Of a DNA stretch of 64,000 nucleotides, positions 39,153 to 52,199 are shown one piece after another. A model generated the notes under the pieces. The model was not told the DNA's origin. It saw nothing but the letters and a program-made list of their open reading frames with translations, and searched no databases. Where the stretch lies: the NCBI RefSeq assembly GCF_009834535.1, contig NC_045697.1, positions 72,976,001-73,040,000 on the forward strand, written 5' to 3'. The translations under genes were made by a program, and so were the position numbers. The stretch's first letter is position 1; each line of letters begins with the position of its first letter. The stretch is from Camelus ferus (Eukaryota).

Positions 39153-39586
39153 TGTGCTGGAAATCTTCAATTTGTTTCTCAAGTCTACTCTCCCCTCTTT
39201 TGTTCTCAACTCTGGAAGCGTGCTGTCTCTTATAAAACCAAAACCAAAACCAAAACCCAACAACAACAAAAAACAGCGCTTAAGTTAGGGATGTTGTGAA
39301 TCTTAAGGAGAGCAGAGAGAGACAGGCAAGTGAACTGGGACATTTATTCCATTCCCTTGTGTCTCTTCCTGGAGCTATCACAGTCCCTCAAAGTAGCTAC
39401 TTAGAGACTTTCTCCTCTTTTCCAGGAAACTCTTAGAGATTTCTTGGCACCGTGAATTCCTGCGCTATCCCCATTGATTTCCATTCATATTATCCACTCA
39501 TTTGTAATTAGACCCTTTGTAAATATACCTCTTTGAGTTCTGATTTGAGGGTTCCACCTGTTTCCTATTGGGCTCATAACTGACAT
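39153..39586 (+). mobile_element. Old ERVL LTR (LTR33-like)
   Basis: 3' end TTTGTAATTAGACCCTTTGTAAA...TTTGAGGGTTCCACCTGTTTCCTATTGGGCTCATAACTGACA. Confidence 0.55.
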
Positions 39587-40388
39587 ATTTTTCTTTTCTA
39601 TATATTATACTACATTTCTTTCATGTTTCAAAGTTTTGAATAATCTTAGGTCACAACAATTAATTTAACAGATTCCTTACTTGTAAAATCGGGAGTGGTC
39701 AAAATCCTAGTTACAGGAATTATTGTGAGGATCAAAAAATAATGTAGGTGAAATTCATGTTTTTCTAGTAGAAACATTAGAATGACTTTATCTTTTTAGT
39801 AAGTCTAACACATTGTCTTGTTAATAATTTATAATTTTACATATCTTATATATGTGTGTGTGCATGTGTACACACACGTGTTTACACCTGTCTGTGTCTA
39901 TATACAAACATATATTTATATACATACATGCATGTATGTATATACCTATCTGTCTATTGAGAAAGAAAGAGAGAATTCCTTGGCAGCTGTCCTAAAAACT
40001 ATCTTTAGTCAAATTGTTTAGTGCGGTAAACTTTGGAAATTAGTCATGGTTTTTCCAATCTTAATCAAATAATAAAAAATAAATGCAAGGAAATCATATT
40101 ATTCCTGTATCCTTATTTCAATATGAAACCATGGAAAAGGCTGGTGATTTATTTTTAAAAAATAAATGAGTTTAATGTCTTCAGCTACCACTGAAAAAAT
40201 ACAAATTAGTTGTACATTTTTGTTTTTATTTGATATTATAAAATATTATGAGCTCATCCTTTATTGTTAAAATATGCTGGAGAACTCTATTGTAATGATA
40301 CATTAGAAGTGAGTCCCTTGTTTTCACTTTTTTGATGAAAACATTCACTGGCCATTTCTGGTTCAAGTTGCTGTCATCTGTAGGAGAT

Positions 40389-40407
40389 CAGCACCCTCTT
40401 CTGGTTC
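40389..40407 (-). promoter_or_regulatory. CTCF motif
   Basis: CAGCACCCTCTTCTGGTTC; its reverse GAACCAGAAGAGGGTGCTG is about 2 mismatches from the core consensus. Confidence 0.45.
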
Positions 40408-40880
40408 TCTAACAAAACTGTTGATCAAACCGTGCTGCCTCCTGCTGAGTCTTTTTCCCTTTGTATTCTAATTAGTTTCCTTCTGCAGTCAGAGGTGTTT
40501 AATGAAATTTTGTGCATTTTGCTCAGTTTTACCCTTTGCCATGGCAGCAAAAATAGGTAGCCACTACTTCTAAACAATGTATACTTCTTGTTCTTAATCT
40601 TGTTAACCTTTCTCTAGGGCACGGTGTTAAAAAAGTCTCTTTAATGTTTTTATTCCTTGGGTTAGGGAAACATGTTTCAAGTGTCAAATTCTGAGCAAGA
40701 ATATAATATGTTCTTTCAACTAGTTGGAAAGAAAAAAAAAAAAGAAAGAAGGATGGCAGAGGAGGGAAGGTTGCTAAATTTAGCAGCTCAGAGTAGTTTT
40801 GATTATTGGAGGATATAATAGGAGGATAGTGAGAACATGCCTTCTCTCCATCTCTCTCCCCCGCGCCCTCCCTGCGTGCG

Positions 40881-40892
40881 TGCGCGTGCGCA
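40881..40892 (-). promoter_or_regulatory. NRF1-type motif within a CpG-rich alternating purine-pyrimidine tract
   Basis: TGCGCGTGCGCA; its reverse TGCGCACGCGCA fits YGCGCAYGCGCR. Confidence 0.4.
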
Positions 40893-41387
40893 CGCACCCC
40901 CCCACCTATCAGATGCCTAAATATACTTAATTATTTTTGACCACTGATTTCTTCACCTATATAAATCTGTTTTTTGTCCGTGGTAACCCTGAGTACACGT
41001 CCCTCTGTTGTCACTTAAAGAAAAATGAAAAACACAAACAAAAGGCAAAAAAGGAAAATACTGACTGAGAGAACAATATTTTTAAAAATAAGGAAGCATT
41101 TTATTTCTCTTGTTATTTTTAGAATAGCAATGGATTCCTCAGTCTTTGGAGTTGATCAGCAGTCAGGAATCATAGCCAGTTTTGACATGATCAGAAGATG
41201 CTGTCAAAACATTGCCAAGTAGGAGTCAAGAATTACAACTTCAGCCAGATATCTTTTGAACATATGCATTCCACATTGGAGGCTCACTTTATTTTAATGT
41301 TTAACTGGCAGGTCAAGCCAGAAAGTAAATGGAATTTCTACCTTTTGCTCTTAGAACCTATAATTTAGATTGTTAAGTCTGTGGTGT

Positions 41388-42010
41388 TGATGCAGGAAAA
41401 ATAGATACAGGGCATGAGGAGGGCCATGTCCTAGGCTTTGGTTGAGCCCCTGGGATGTGCCCCGCCAAGTGTGGGTCCTTGGCTTTGCGCAGGAAAGAAT
41501 GCAAGAGGAGCCACATTTGAGTAAAGGTAGATTTATTCAGAGAGGTACATCAAAAGGCAAGAGAAAGGCCATGAGGTGTGGGGGTTGGGTGCTCAGATTA
41601 AAAGTAGGTACACACTCCATAGAATGTGGGCCATCTCCGAAGAGGGAGAGAGGGCGTGCGTCGGTGAGGCACCGTGTTGCCAGTTTTTATGGGGTTAGTG
41701 GCTTCATATGCTAGTAAGTGTAAGGACCAGTCTAACTAGTCTGGGGAAGGGGCTGGGATTCCCAGGAAGTTGGCCATTCCCACTCTTTGACCTTTTGTGG
41801 CTAGCCTTGGGACTGCCATGGTGCCGGTGGGCAGTTGTTTACCATGCTAATGTATTACAATGGTGTATAATGAAGCTCAAGGTCTACCAGAAGTTAAATC
41901 TCCCATCATGTTGAGCCTCAAGGCCTGCTGGGGGTTGAATCTTTCACCATTTTGATGTTAATTGCTGTGGCAATCCTTGAATGGCTGTGCCCTGCCCCCT
42001 TCCTTTTTCA
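41388..42010 (-). mobile_element. ERV1 solo LTR with 4-bp TSD
   Basis: TG...CA bounded, 623 bp, GTGT at 41384-41387 and 42011-42014; minus-strand AATAAA (TTTATT at 41532-41537). Confidence 0.85.
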
Positions 42011-43957
42011 GTGTCTGTATCTATGCAAATAAAATTATCTTACAATTCAGCATAGAAAACATTATCACACTGATTCTACCCAACAGAATTATCACCTACA
42101 GCAATCAGAAGCATCAGATGGTTGTTCATTTCTACTTTTCTCATTGCTCATATAAACAAAATGCTAGTGCTAACAGAACCTGTATAAGTACGACGGGAGA
42201 GAGGGTTCATCTGCAACATTTTAGGCCATATTGGATAAAAATTCAATTTTTAATTGAAAAATAAGAAACTACAATTTCGGTATTTTTCACTCACAATTTT
42301 CTCACATTCCTGGTTAGAGCCAATGCTGATAAAAATCATTAAATACTGATTGATTCTTTCAGATTAGAGAATTGAGATAATCATCCTGATTCCTCAGATC
42401 TAAAGGGAGGGCTTTTCAGAAACAAAACAGAACTGGGGTTACCGTGTCTCAGTTCCACCATAAACCAAGATTGCAAATGGGTATTGTTTCCGTCGTTTTC
42501 TTTAGCAGAAAAGCTTTGCTGAAAGTCACTTCATATGAAATGAGAGTGAAACTTTAGCATTTTCATTAATCATTTAAGATAAAAAGTCCTGAATTGCTTA
42601 GGCTTAAAAAAAAACTGGCTATGAAAGTCAGAAATAAGAGCGGCAATAGATGGCACTAGAAGATCGTAAGTCTCAGAAGCAAAGTCTGGATTTTCGTTTT
42701 CTCCTTCAATCTCGTTAATACCTGTGACTGCCTTGTATTACTTAATGACAGGAGGACTGTCAGGGGGTTGGGGGTGGAGTGGGCTGGGGGCGATGGAGAG
42801 AGAATCTCAGCTGCCCTGGAAGGGATGCTAATTCCCTTGCTTACTTTTCCTGGAAGGAATCCTGGAATGTGGTGGGAGGGGCAGGGAGAGCAAATGGCAA
42901 TCACTACTGCAAAGATTCTGCTCAAGGCACAACGTTTAACTGTCCCATTTAGTTACAAGTAAAAATAGATAAAGGAATTCTCACCTGGCTTTTATCAAGG
43001 TTTCCGCTGTTTCATTTGTTTGTGCTGAGAATTGAGGTTTTGCTGTTTCGAGAAAGCTCAATGAATGTGTTTGTCATTAAAAGAATCATTACCTTTTTTT
43101 CATAGACAAATAACCCACAGTCATTTAAAATACACATTTTTCTATTTTTTCTCAACAAAGCTGACACAAAGACATTAAAGCCTTTTTTCTCCCTTTCTTT
43201 AAACCTGAAATCGAGTCTAGTCTACAGCAATGGATTTATTTTATTTTTTTAATTTTGCAAACCCTTCGAGGCTGAGCCCCGCCTGCACAAAACTTGCCTT
43301 ACCCTAGTGTGACGAGCCCCACAGCCATGACTCATCGTTAACAGTTGCAGCTTTTGAAGCACATTCCAGCCCTGCTTTTCCCACAGCTCTCCTAATCCCC
43401 TTCACATGGCCATGAAGACAGCCTTTAAATCCAACACAAGATGTTTCTGACATTTTTTTCAAGGCTATAAAAACTACTTCTTGGTCCAAGAGTGAGGAAT
43501 GATATGTGGATGTTTGGGGGAAATCAGTGGTTATCGTCTCTCCTCTCAGCTTGCTACTAAGAAGGATATTTTAAAAAAAAGAAAGAAAGAAAGAAACTCA
43601 GCATTCTGTACAAATATATCCAAAGAAGTATTGGGTTTTCAGTACTGTATTCTCAATGGCAAGAAAAATTTTTAAATAGTCAGTTTCTGAAGAGACAGTT
43701 TTGTTAACTCAGAATTTTTTAAAATGTTCAATGGCTCAAAGAAATAGTGTAGAATAGTTCAGCTTTATTTCTTCACTAATAGGATTTGTTTGTTTTCTCT
43801 TATTTTATTTGTTTATCTTCCTTTATCAGTGACCAAGAACAGAACTGACCTAACATATTAGGTCACATGTGTAACACATGTGATGTTAAAGAATTTCTAT
43901 TGCCCGGAATCATCATGGATCATTATCACAGAAATCAGAGATGTGAACTGGAGGCAT

Positions 43958-44142
43958 CTTCCTCTTTTTCTTCCCTTCCTTCTCCCTCCCTCCCTCCCTT
44001 CCACTCTCCTTTGTCTTTTCTTTTCTCTTTTCCTTCCTCCCTTCCTCATTCCTCTTCCTTCCTCCCTCCCTCCCTCTCTGTCTTTCTGGCTTGCTCTGTT
44101 CCTTCCTTTTTTCCCTCCCTCCTTTTCTCTTTCTTTCTCTTA
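43958..44142. repeat. CT-rich polypyrimidine low-complexity tract
   Basis: About 185 bp of degenerate (CCCT/CCTT/CTTT)n. Confidence 0.9.
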
Positions 44143-45339
44143 TACAGTCCATAAGCATTTTGAATTCTTATTCTATTCTAGAAGTTTTTCTCCATATATT
44201 TTCTTCTAAATTTTCTAAATGTATCTATATGGAGAGAAAATATTCCGTATTTGAGATAAACAAGGAAATTAGGATGTTTTTCTGCCTATTTTCCCAGTTG
44301 CTCTGTTTGACATCAAGTGTGGAAGGATGGTGTGATAGAAGTCATCATAACTGAGGTGAATTCTCCTTAGCACATTGAATGGCATTAATTATGCATTAAT
44401 CTGTGAAGAAGTTGAATGGACTGAAAAATCAATTTGAGTTATCTATCATTCCTGTGTTAATTTTGGTAGTCTGCCTCTGGAATTTCACTGTGCACAGCAA
44501 CATTACCTGAGATTTTCTCCACAGATGGATACAAGGACCAGATTTCCTGCCGATAATTTCTCTAGGCTAATGACTGGAATTTAAAGTATAAACCGCAGTT
44601 TTTCATAAAATAGAATTATGTGGAAAGAAGACTGGGTAAGATTTGAACTAGTAGCTGTAGAAAATGTAAGCTGTTCAAAAGAGATGTAAAGACACTGGGC
44701 TCCTTTTGAAGGAGAAGAGCAGGGATAATATCATAATCCCTCTCCTTGTCTTTAATAAAATTCTGACATTTTCTCTCTCAGGTTTCTCGGGGAAAAATCA
44801 TGTTTTTTTAATAGCAGTAGCCAGCGGCTTCTTATTATCACTTAGTAAATCCTGAGGACAACTTTTCTTTGCCTTCAATTAGATTTCCCTTTAAAATACC
44901 TTCTGTATTAGAAGAGATTTTAAAAAATATTTATCCATCTATTAAGGAATTAGAAAGATTCCCAACAAGATTTATAGGCTCATATCCAGAAAATTTTAAG
45001 AATACAGAAATAAACATCCATCCCAGGACAGATTTGGTGGTGTACCTCAGTGATTGTCAAGATTTTTACTTCTTAGTCACACACTTTTTTTGAGGGGGTC
45101 CAGTGTGCCAGATCTTACTCATCTTAGGAAACAGTAGAAGCAAGCATAATTCTTGGCACCTTCCTGTCACTAAGAAAAATGATCTATCAATCATGACAAA
45201 GTGTCAGATCTTAATTCTAATTCTTCCCTTCCCTAGCTATGAAGCACATTCTTTATTATATCTCACTCTGAGAAATAAAAACAGTAACAAAAATATTCAC
45301 CTAGTTCTGGATGTGAATGCTTGTATTGGAAAGGAATGG

Positions 45340-46150
45340 CACAGATACTGGACAAGAAAGAAGAAATAAGAACAGCAGCTAGATGTCATAATTTACAGCT
45401 ATGAACATGAAGCAGGTTTTTGTGTTATAACTGGTGGAAAGAATGTGTGCAAAAGAACTAATGGGGGGAAGAGTGATTTGAGATGTGGATGGACTGGAAG
45501 GCAAGAGATAGTTGTGCAGGTCCTCAGGGAACATGCTTAGGAGTTTTATATTTATATGAAAACTGATGTGCCTCTATTCATCAGCAGATTTTAAGCATGG
45601 AATTGGAATGATTAGACTGAGTTTTAATTATTTTCTGTTGGAGCAGGGAGTAGTCATTGGAAGTGGGCAGGGTGATTCCATGGAGTGCAGTTAGGAGGAC
45701 ACTGCAGAAACCCAGATGAAGGTATTTGTAATTGGTCTAGGCTGATGGTTACAAAGATTAAAACAGTAACATTATTTAAAAGATAAAATCAAGGAGACAT
45801 GTGGCAAGTGAAGGAGATTATGACATGGTACATTCTGTGTATTGAACTAAAGTTAAGGCATCTAGGTAAAGAAGTTGAGTGACTCACTGGATATCTGGCC
45901 CCATGAGTTGGCATTGAAGACTGGGGTGGTGATATAAATTTAGAAGGCAAAATCATACTGGTGATAATTTAAGCCATCAGCATTTATCTGGATATTGACT
46001 GGATTAATTACAAAGTTACGTGATAAAAAGGGAAATAAGAATTCTGATGTACAATTTATCTTAAGAGTTGTATGAGGCAAGAAGAATGGATTGCCAGTTC
46101 AACTGAGAGTCAAACATGAGGCAGAAAACACCAGAATGTGCTTTAACAGA
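45340..46150 (-). mobile_element. L2 fragment
   Basis: CATGCTTAGGAGTTTTATATTTAT...GATTTTAAGCATGGAATTGGAATGATTAGA...GTTAGGAGGACACTGCAG...GATATAAATTTAGAAG. Confidence 0.7.
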
Positions 46151-46494
46151 GCCATCCTTGTGGCAGATTTATACTAAAAAAGTCCTATGTAAGTGACTTG
46201 AAACAGATGTGTAGTTCAAGAACTGTAACTTTAGAAGCCCCAGCCAACTTTGGCATGTATTCCACACGGGTATGCATTACACTGGAGAGGAAGGCTCCTC
46301 TCTGCATTCTGTGGAGGCTGCAGAATCATCAACTTTAATGCTCCAAAGTGTCAAAGGATGCTCTTCCAATGTTGGAACTGTATGCTGGATGAGTCAACAA
46401 CTGTGGCAAATAGGGACTTTCTGAGGACTCCCTCATTATTCTGCTTGAACATCAAGGCAAAAGAAGAGAGACTTGTAGGGGCTGGGTATTTATG

Positions 46495-46935
46495 GGCTTA
46501 TTAGCCAAGACTTTTTCAGTTGTAAATTGCTAAACTGAAATCAAACCAACTTAAGCAATATGTGGCATTTACTGCTGTATGCAACTGTCTGTGGCTCACT
46601 GGTACACAACATGGCTGGACCCTAAGTCTGGAGTATTATCAGGGCCCAGCCTCTCTTTTCATATCGTAGATACTCATGTCTCTGATTATTTAAAAAAGAA
46701 GTATTTTCTCATAAAATCTCCATAGGAGAAGTCCCGAGAATGCCTCTGATTGGCCTGGTGTAGATAATATGTCTACCTTCAGCCAGTGACTAGAGGATAA
46801 GATGTTGTTCATGCAGGTCTGGTCTTATGCATATTCCTGTAACCTGGGGAGACATCTCAGCTCCATAGGAAAGGAGTTCTGTCATTCCAAGAAAGGAAAA
46901 AAGTTCTCTGGACAGACAGAAAAGAATTTATGTTC
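46495..46935 (-). mobile_element. Old MaLR LTR (MLT1J/K-like)
   Basis: GACTTTTTCAGTTGTAAATTGCTAAACTGAAATCAAAC...CTCTGATTGGCCTGG...CTGGACAGACAGA. Confidence 0.6.
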
Positions 46936-46959
46936 TTCAAACTAGGATCCTCACCATAG

Positions 46960-47775
46960 ACTACCACCCACACCTCTCCATGCTCTGACATTATTTCTCT
47001 GTGGTTCTCTTCCACTCCTTTCCAGCCTTCTTGCAGTTCCTCAAATACTCTAAGGTTATTCTAGGTCCAGACCATTAGAGTGCTGTTCTTTTGTCAAAAG
47101 TTTTTTCCCCAGATCTTCTCACAGTAGCACTTCTCTTGGATTTCAAGTCTTTTCACTGACAATCATTAAAATTAAAAAAAAGAAAATGCCACCAGCCACT
47201 CATTTTTTTTCACACATTTTATACGGAACAGATAATAAAATAGTGTGTACTTTACTTACAGCCAACCAAGTGCTGATATATTACCACTGTAGCTGTAATT
47301 CCACATCAAAACTTACCAATAAGAATTGGGCATTTAGTCTTCACATCATGTGAAGGAGGGCACCCACCTCCACCAGAGGCTCAAGGAAAACGTGGCTCCT
47401 AAAGGCTGAGAACGAGAGCCCTGGTGGAAAGAGTCAGCCGGCGTCTGCTCCGCATACAGCATGTGAATGGAAGGGGCTGTGGTGTCCTGGTCTCCTGTCC
47501 GCTCTGTGCTCTTCCTGGGCCACCAGTGTGGCACATGACCAGCACCACGATCAGCACCAAAATTGTTATCCCAGTATCCCCTGTCATCCTCAAGGATTAC
47601 ACTAGGGCAAATTAAGTTACTTATTAATTTATTTGTATACTGTCTGTCTTTTTCCCCTAAAACACTTAATTCACAAAACAAGGAAGGGCTGTCTAACTCA
47701 CTTAATTCTGAATCTGGCACCTTTGTTAGTACCTGTCACAAACTGATACATGTTTGTTAAATTACTGAATAGGAA
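46960..47775 (+). mobile_element. L2 3' fragment interrupted by a non-L2 insert (~47165-47560)
   Basis: GCCTTCTTGCAGTTCCTCAAATACTC...TTTTCCCCAGATCTTC; resumes TTTGTATACTGTCTGTCT...CATGTTTGTTAAATTACTGAAT. Confidence 0.6.
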
Positions 47776-48529
47776 TAATTTACCAAAACATTCATTTTTC
47801 TCAACACCTCTAATTTTCACTCCTAAAACTTTGAGAAAGTTGGCTCAATTCTCTGTTGCAGTTTACTTGGATCTCTATATTACTGTGATCCCAGTTACCA
47901 CGTGGAAACCAATCTACATGGAGACCTGTGGCAATGTCGTTCTTTATGATCAATGTGTTCTGGTGGAGTATTTGTGTGAAATGTGAGCTGTTTTCTCAGC
48001 TATTCCCAAAGTAGTCAGAAACCTCAGGAAAATATAAAATGGTGTTATAGTAGATATTTTATATTCTGTTACAAAAACAATTCCTCATGGTACTTTACGA
48101 AGATGCAAAACTAGTATTTTGGAAGTGACCTTGTCATATGTCATAGTGAAAATGTCACTTAGGTTATTGTACATATGTACACACCGTGGAATATAAAAGA
48201 CAGCATTGCCAGTGCACTTATGTCTGTTTCTCTGTTTATACTGATTGTTGGGAGACATTCTCCCCATGGATCTCTCACAGTTCTGGACATCTGTGTCTGT
48301 ATTTTCAAGGACATTTCTATAGGCAGAGCAGGGGGCAGGGCTTGTTGTCCTTTCAGTGTAATAAAAATATAAGAAACATTGGGCACATTTCCTTGCAGCC
48401 CATTATGAAAGATTGAGGTTTCATAAATTCAGGATTTCTCAGCTGAGACACAAATCCACCGAGTGCACAAGATCTACCTGGATTCATTTTCAGTTGGTTA
48501 TTGGCAATATAAAAAGTGCATACACATTT

Positions 48530-49750
48530 TGGAATTCATGTCTTCTTGATTAAATGACCTTTTTATCATTATAAAAGTTTTCTCATCTCTGTAAGATTCT
48601 GAAAGATTCTGTCTTACAGTATATGTTTCATCTGACATTAACAGGATCACTTCAGCTTTTTTAGGATTAGTGTTTATTATTGTATATCACTTGCTATACT
48701 TTTAAAAAATATTTCTTTATTTTTTGTTGAAGTAAAGTCAATGACAATGTGTCAATTTCTGGTGTGCAGCACAATGTCCCAGTCATGCATATACATACAT
48801 ATATTCATTTTCATATATTTTTTCATTAAAGGTTATTACAAGATATTGAACATAGTTCCCTGTGCTATACAGAAGAAACTTTTTAAAATCTATTTTTATA
48901 TAGAGAGGCTAACATTTACTTGCCATACTTTTAAAGAGTAATACAAGTCTTATAAATAGCAAATTGTGATTTTCTTTTTTTATGAAAGGGACTATCTCTG
49001 TCTATAATTTCAAACGATCAATTCATTCAGTTTTGATATGATTAATTCTATACCTATCATTTCATGACTATTTTTTCTATTTATTTTTATTTTTTCTTGC
49101 ATTTTTCTCCTTCTTGTCTTTTTTAATGAAAAGTATTACATCGTTATTATATTTACTTTAAAAAATCAGTTGCATTTTTTAAATTACAAAATAAAAGAGA
49201 AAAAAAACTTTATATTTACCCACAAATTTCCATATTTAGTGCTCTTTTCTCCTTTGGTAAATTTCTTCTTTATTCCTTTTGATTGTCATATGGTATCATT
49301 TTTCTTTAGCATGAAGAGCATCCTGTAATATTTCTTGAAATGCAAATTCTAGCATTCATTCTTTCAGCTTCTTTATCTGAAGATATATATATTTTGCCTT
49401 CCTATGTGAAGGATATTTTCACTGAATATAGAATTCTTTATTGCCATTTTTCTTTTAACACTTTATATATACCTATCTTCTTTATATATGTCTTCTTATT
49501 TTTATCTCATTTGAATTGTCTGATGAGAAGTCAGTGGTTATTCTTATCACTGTTTTTCCTATCTATATGTGTCATTTTTCTTCATATTCTTTTAATATTA
49601 TTTCCTCTAGCTTTGATTTTCAGTATTTTAACTATATTTATTTGCTTGTTTGTGTTTAACTTTCTGTCTAGTGGACATCTAGTTAACTAGAAGTCTAATT
49701 TGATGTTTTTCAAAATATTTGGGAAATTTGTACTCATTTTCAAATATTAC
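48530..49750 (-). mobile_element. Old L1M fragment
   Basis: TTTATCTGAAGATATATATATTTTGCCTTC...GAAGGATATTTTCACTGAATATAGAATTCT...TCTGATGAGAAGTCAG (reverse ORF1 region). Confidence 0.7.
48707..48917 (-). mobile_element. Young ~210-bp L1 3' end with TSD, nested in L1M
   Basis: Reverse match to 26855-27075; direct repeats ACTTGCTATACTTTTAAA (48689-48706) and ACTTGCCATACTTTTAAA (48918-48935). Confidence 0.92.
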
Positions 49751-49814
49751 TTATTTTATTCCACCCACTTTTAAGACCACACATGCGTACACACATACAC
49801 AGTGCAAAATAGGA

Positions 49815-50275
49815 CACCACATTTACAGAAGTTGGCTTTACCACTTACCAGCTATGTACCCTGGACCAAGCTGTTTGACTATATTTATCTCAGTTTCTTC
49901 ATCTATAAGATGGGTAAAATACCAGAACTTAAACTTACTTAAAATTGAAATTCTATTTAACATGCTCACATTGTACTTACTAGGGCCCAAGGAGTATTCA
50001 AATTTCTTTACAAGTCCTAACTCATTTAGTCTTCATAGCAACCCTAGAGGGTAAATACTGCTATTATTAATCCCATTTAATAAATGAGGTGGCTTACCCA
50101 AGGCCACACAGGTAGCAAGTGAGACACATATGATTTAAACTCAGGCATTATGGCTTCAGAAGTCAGGCTCTTGATTACCATGCCATGCTGCCTGTGGAGT
50201 GAGCTAAACACGTGGAACACTTAGAATAATGCCTGTCACGCTGTTGGTAAGAAATGCATCTCAGCTTTCATTATT
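49815..50275. mobile_element. MIR cluster (minus-strand MIR at ~49965-50190 between plus-strand MIR pieces)
   Basis: CCACTTACCAGCTATGT...CTCAGTTTCTTCATCTATAAGATGGG; CTCATTTAGTCTTCATAGCAACCCTA...GGCTTACCCAAGGCCACACAG; GAACACTTAGAATAATGCCTG. Confidence 0.75.
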
Positions 50276-52199
50276 AAACTATATATATTTTTTATTGACT
50301 GTTGGTTCATTATTAAAATATGTATTTTTTTAATTGACTGTATTTGCGTGAAGGCTATCTAAAATTCAGGGAAGATTGGAGTGTTGAGAATTTGAAAGAA
50401 TTTATGTAATCTAGCAAAACATTTCCTCAGTGCCTTGTGAGTCATCAGGCTGTAAGAAGGGCAGAGGTGGGGTGCCTCACAGATTTGTGCCTGGTCGAAG
50501 GCCGGCTGGGTGTGTGCAGTGTGTCTGATGGACAGCTATTGGTGGTCAGCGCACCACTGTATTTGGCTGGAAGAAGGAACGTAGCCTAGAGTAGGGATTC
50601 AAGGGATCTGCAGAAACTCAGGAACTCATTCTTAGGATATTTTAACGTAAAAATGGATTTTTCCAGAGCCAAATGCTATAGCAGAACAATGAATAAAAGC
50701 AAGAGAAAGTTGTATTCACAAGTTATTTGGCCATTCCTGTTTTCCAATAATATCTTTTTCCTTTTTAAAAGTATTTCATCAGATATAAATACATTTGGGT
50801 TAAATGGAAACAAACAATTTTAGTACAAAGTATTTGTGGAGGAAATAAAACCAGGATAAGAGAACTTAGGTGAAATGTGATTATTCAGGTAATTATTAAA
50901 AATGATCACAAAGTCCCCAATTCTAACAATTTCTCTCCTTTTTTTCTTGTTCTTTTTCTTACCTACAGAGGTAGGGAAATGGCATTTGGGGAACTTGTAA
51001 TAAACATATGAACCTCTTGCAACTAACTTGTTTGCATGATGATCTCTTACTTATGTTGAGTTTCCTCATGTCTTACGTTATGTGCGTTAGATTTGCACTT
51101 TGCTTGTCCTTACAAACACCTATGTACTTCAGGAATATTATATTTTTCATAAAGAAGGCTTTGCGTTTGTCTGCAAGCAAAACACTGGTCAAAATCTCCC
51201 AGCATCAATGCCGGTGTGACGTGGTAAGTGGTCCTAGCCCTTATTTGGGATTTTGAAATTTTAATTTCTCATCTTTCACTAAATTTGGCTTCCTACATTA
51301 TTTTGGCATAATTACACTTTTACATGACTACATTTGGCTTCTTATATGTCATGTGTCTTCATTTATGGAAATTTGTAGTTCCTTCACTTGTAAAACAAGA
51401 GAACTTGGATTGAAATAACATCTTCATATTATCTTTTGGTGAAGTGATTCTACTTCAGGACTACCATTCTCTGCCATCTAGATTGTCATCACACTAAGGT
51501 TAAATATTGTATCTTCTGCATCTTTTTCTTTACTCCTCTATATCATGAGCCATGAGAGATAATCAATAGTTATTCTAGCACATGACCTTGTTTGGAAAAC
51601 CTTATGGAATAATAAGATGAGAACTTTAGATTCGTTGCGTGTTGTTTACTATTCTAGCAACTTCCATACCACTCACCTTATAGATATTCCAGGTTAAAGA
51701 ATTATCAGAGCGATCACAAGCTTAACACATGACAGTTTGTGTGTGTGGGGAAATTCAGAAATATTTTGTGAACAAATTTTTAATGCTGGTCATGTTTCTT
51801 TTTCCTGTATTATCATTTAAAGGAATAAGAATCTTCAAACAATAATCTGCAAAGTATTGTATAAGAAGAAATAAAAGGCCACTTTTCACAGATTTTAATT
51901 TTTGGCTTCCTGCCAAAATTTCCAAATTTGCAGGTCTAAAAAGTTACGTCATGCTTTTTGGTTTAAAAAAAGTTTGTGTTATAACAAAACTCTTCAAAAG
52001 ATTTTTCATTCAAGTAGTTAAATTAGAACATTTGAGTTTTTAAACCTCAGCATCACTCTGTGTTAATACTCATTTACCCAACTTTAATTCTTATTTTATT
52101 CATTAATTAATCCATTCATTTTCAAGATGCACCTAAAACTTATTGTGGAACAGTTATTAACAGACTATTATGTGCAAGACTTGCTCTTTTAGGTTTTTA

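Noticed and set aside
43867..44209. Overlapping Ser/Pro/Leu/Phe-rich and Arg/Glu/Lys-rich ORFs
   Set aside because: Artefacts of a stop-poor CT/GA low-complexity tract.
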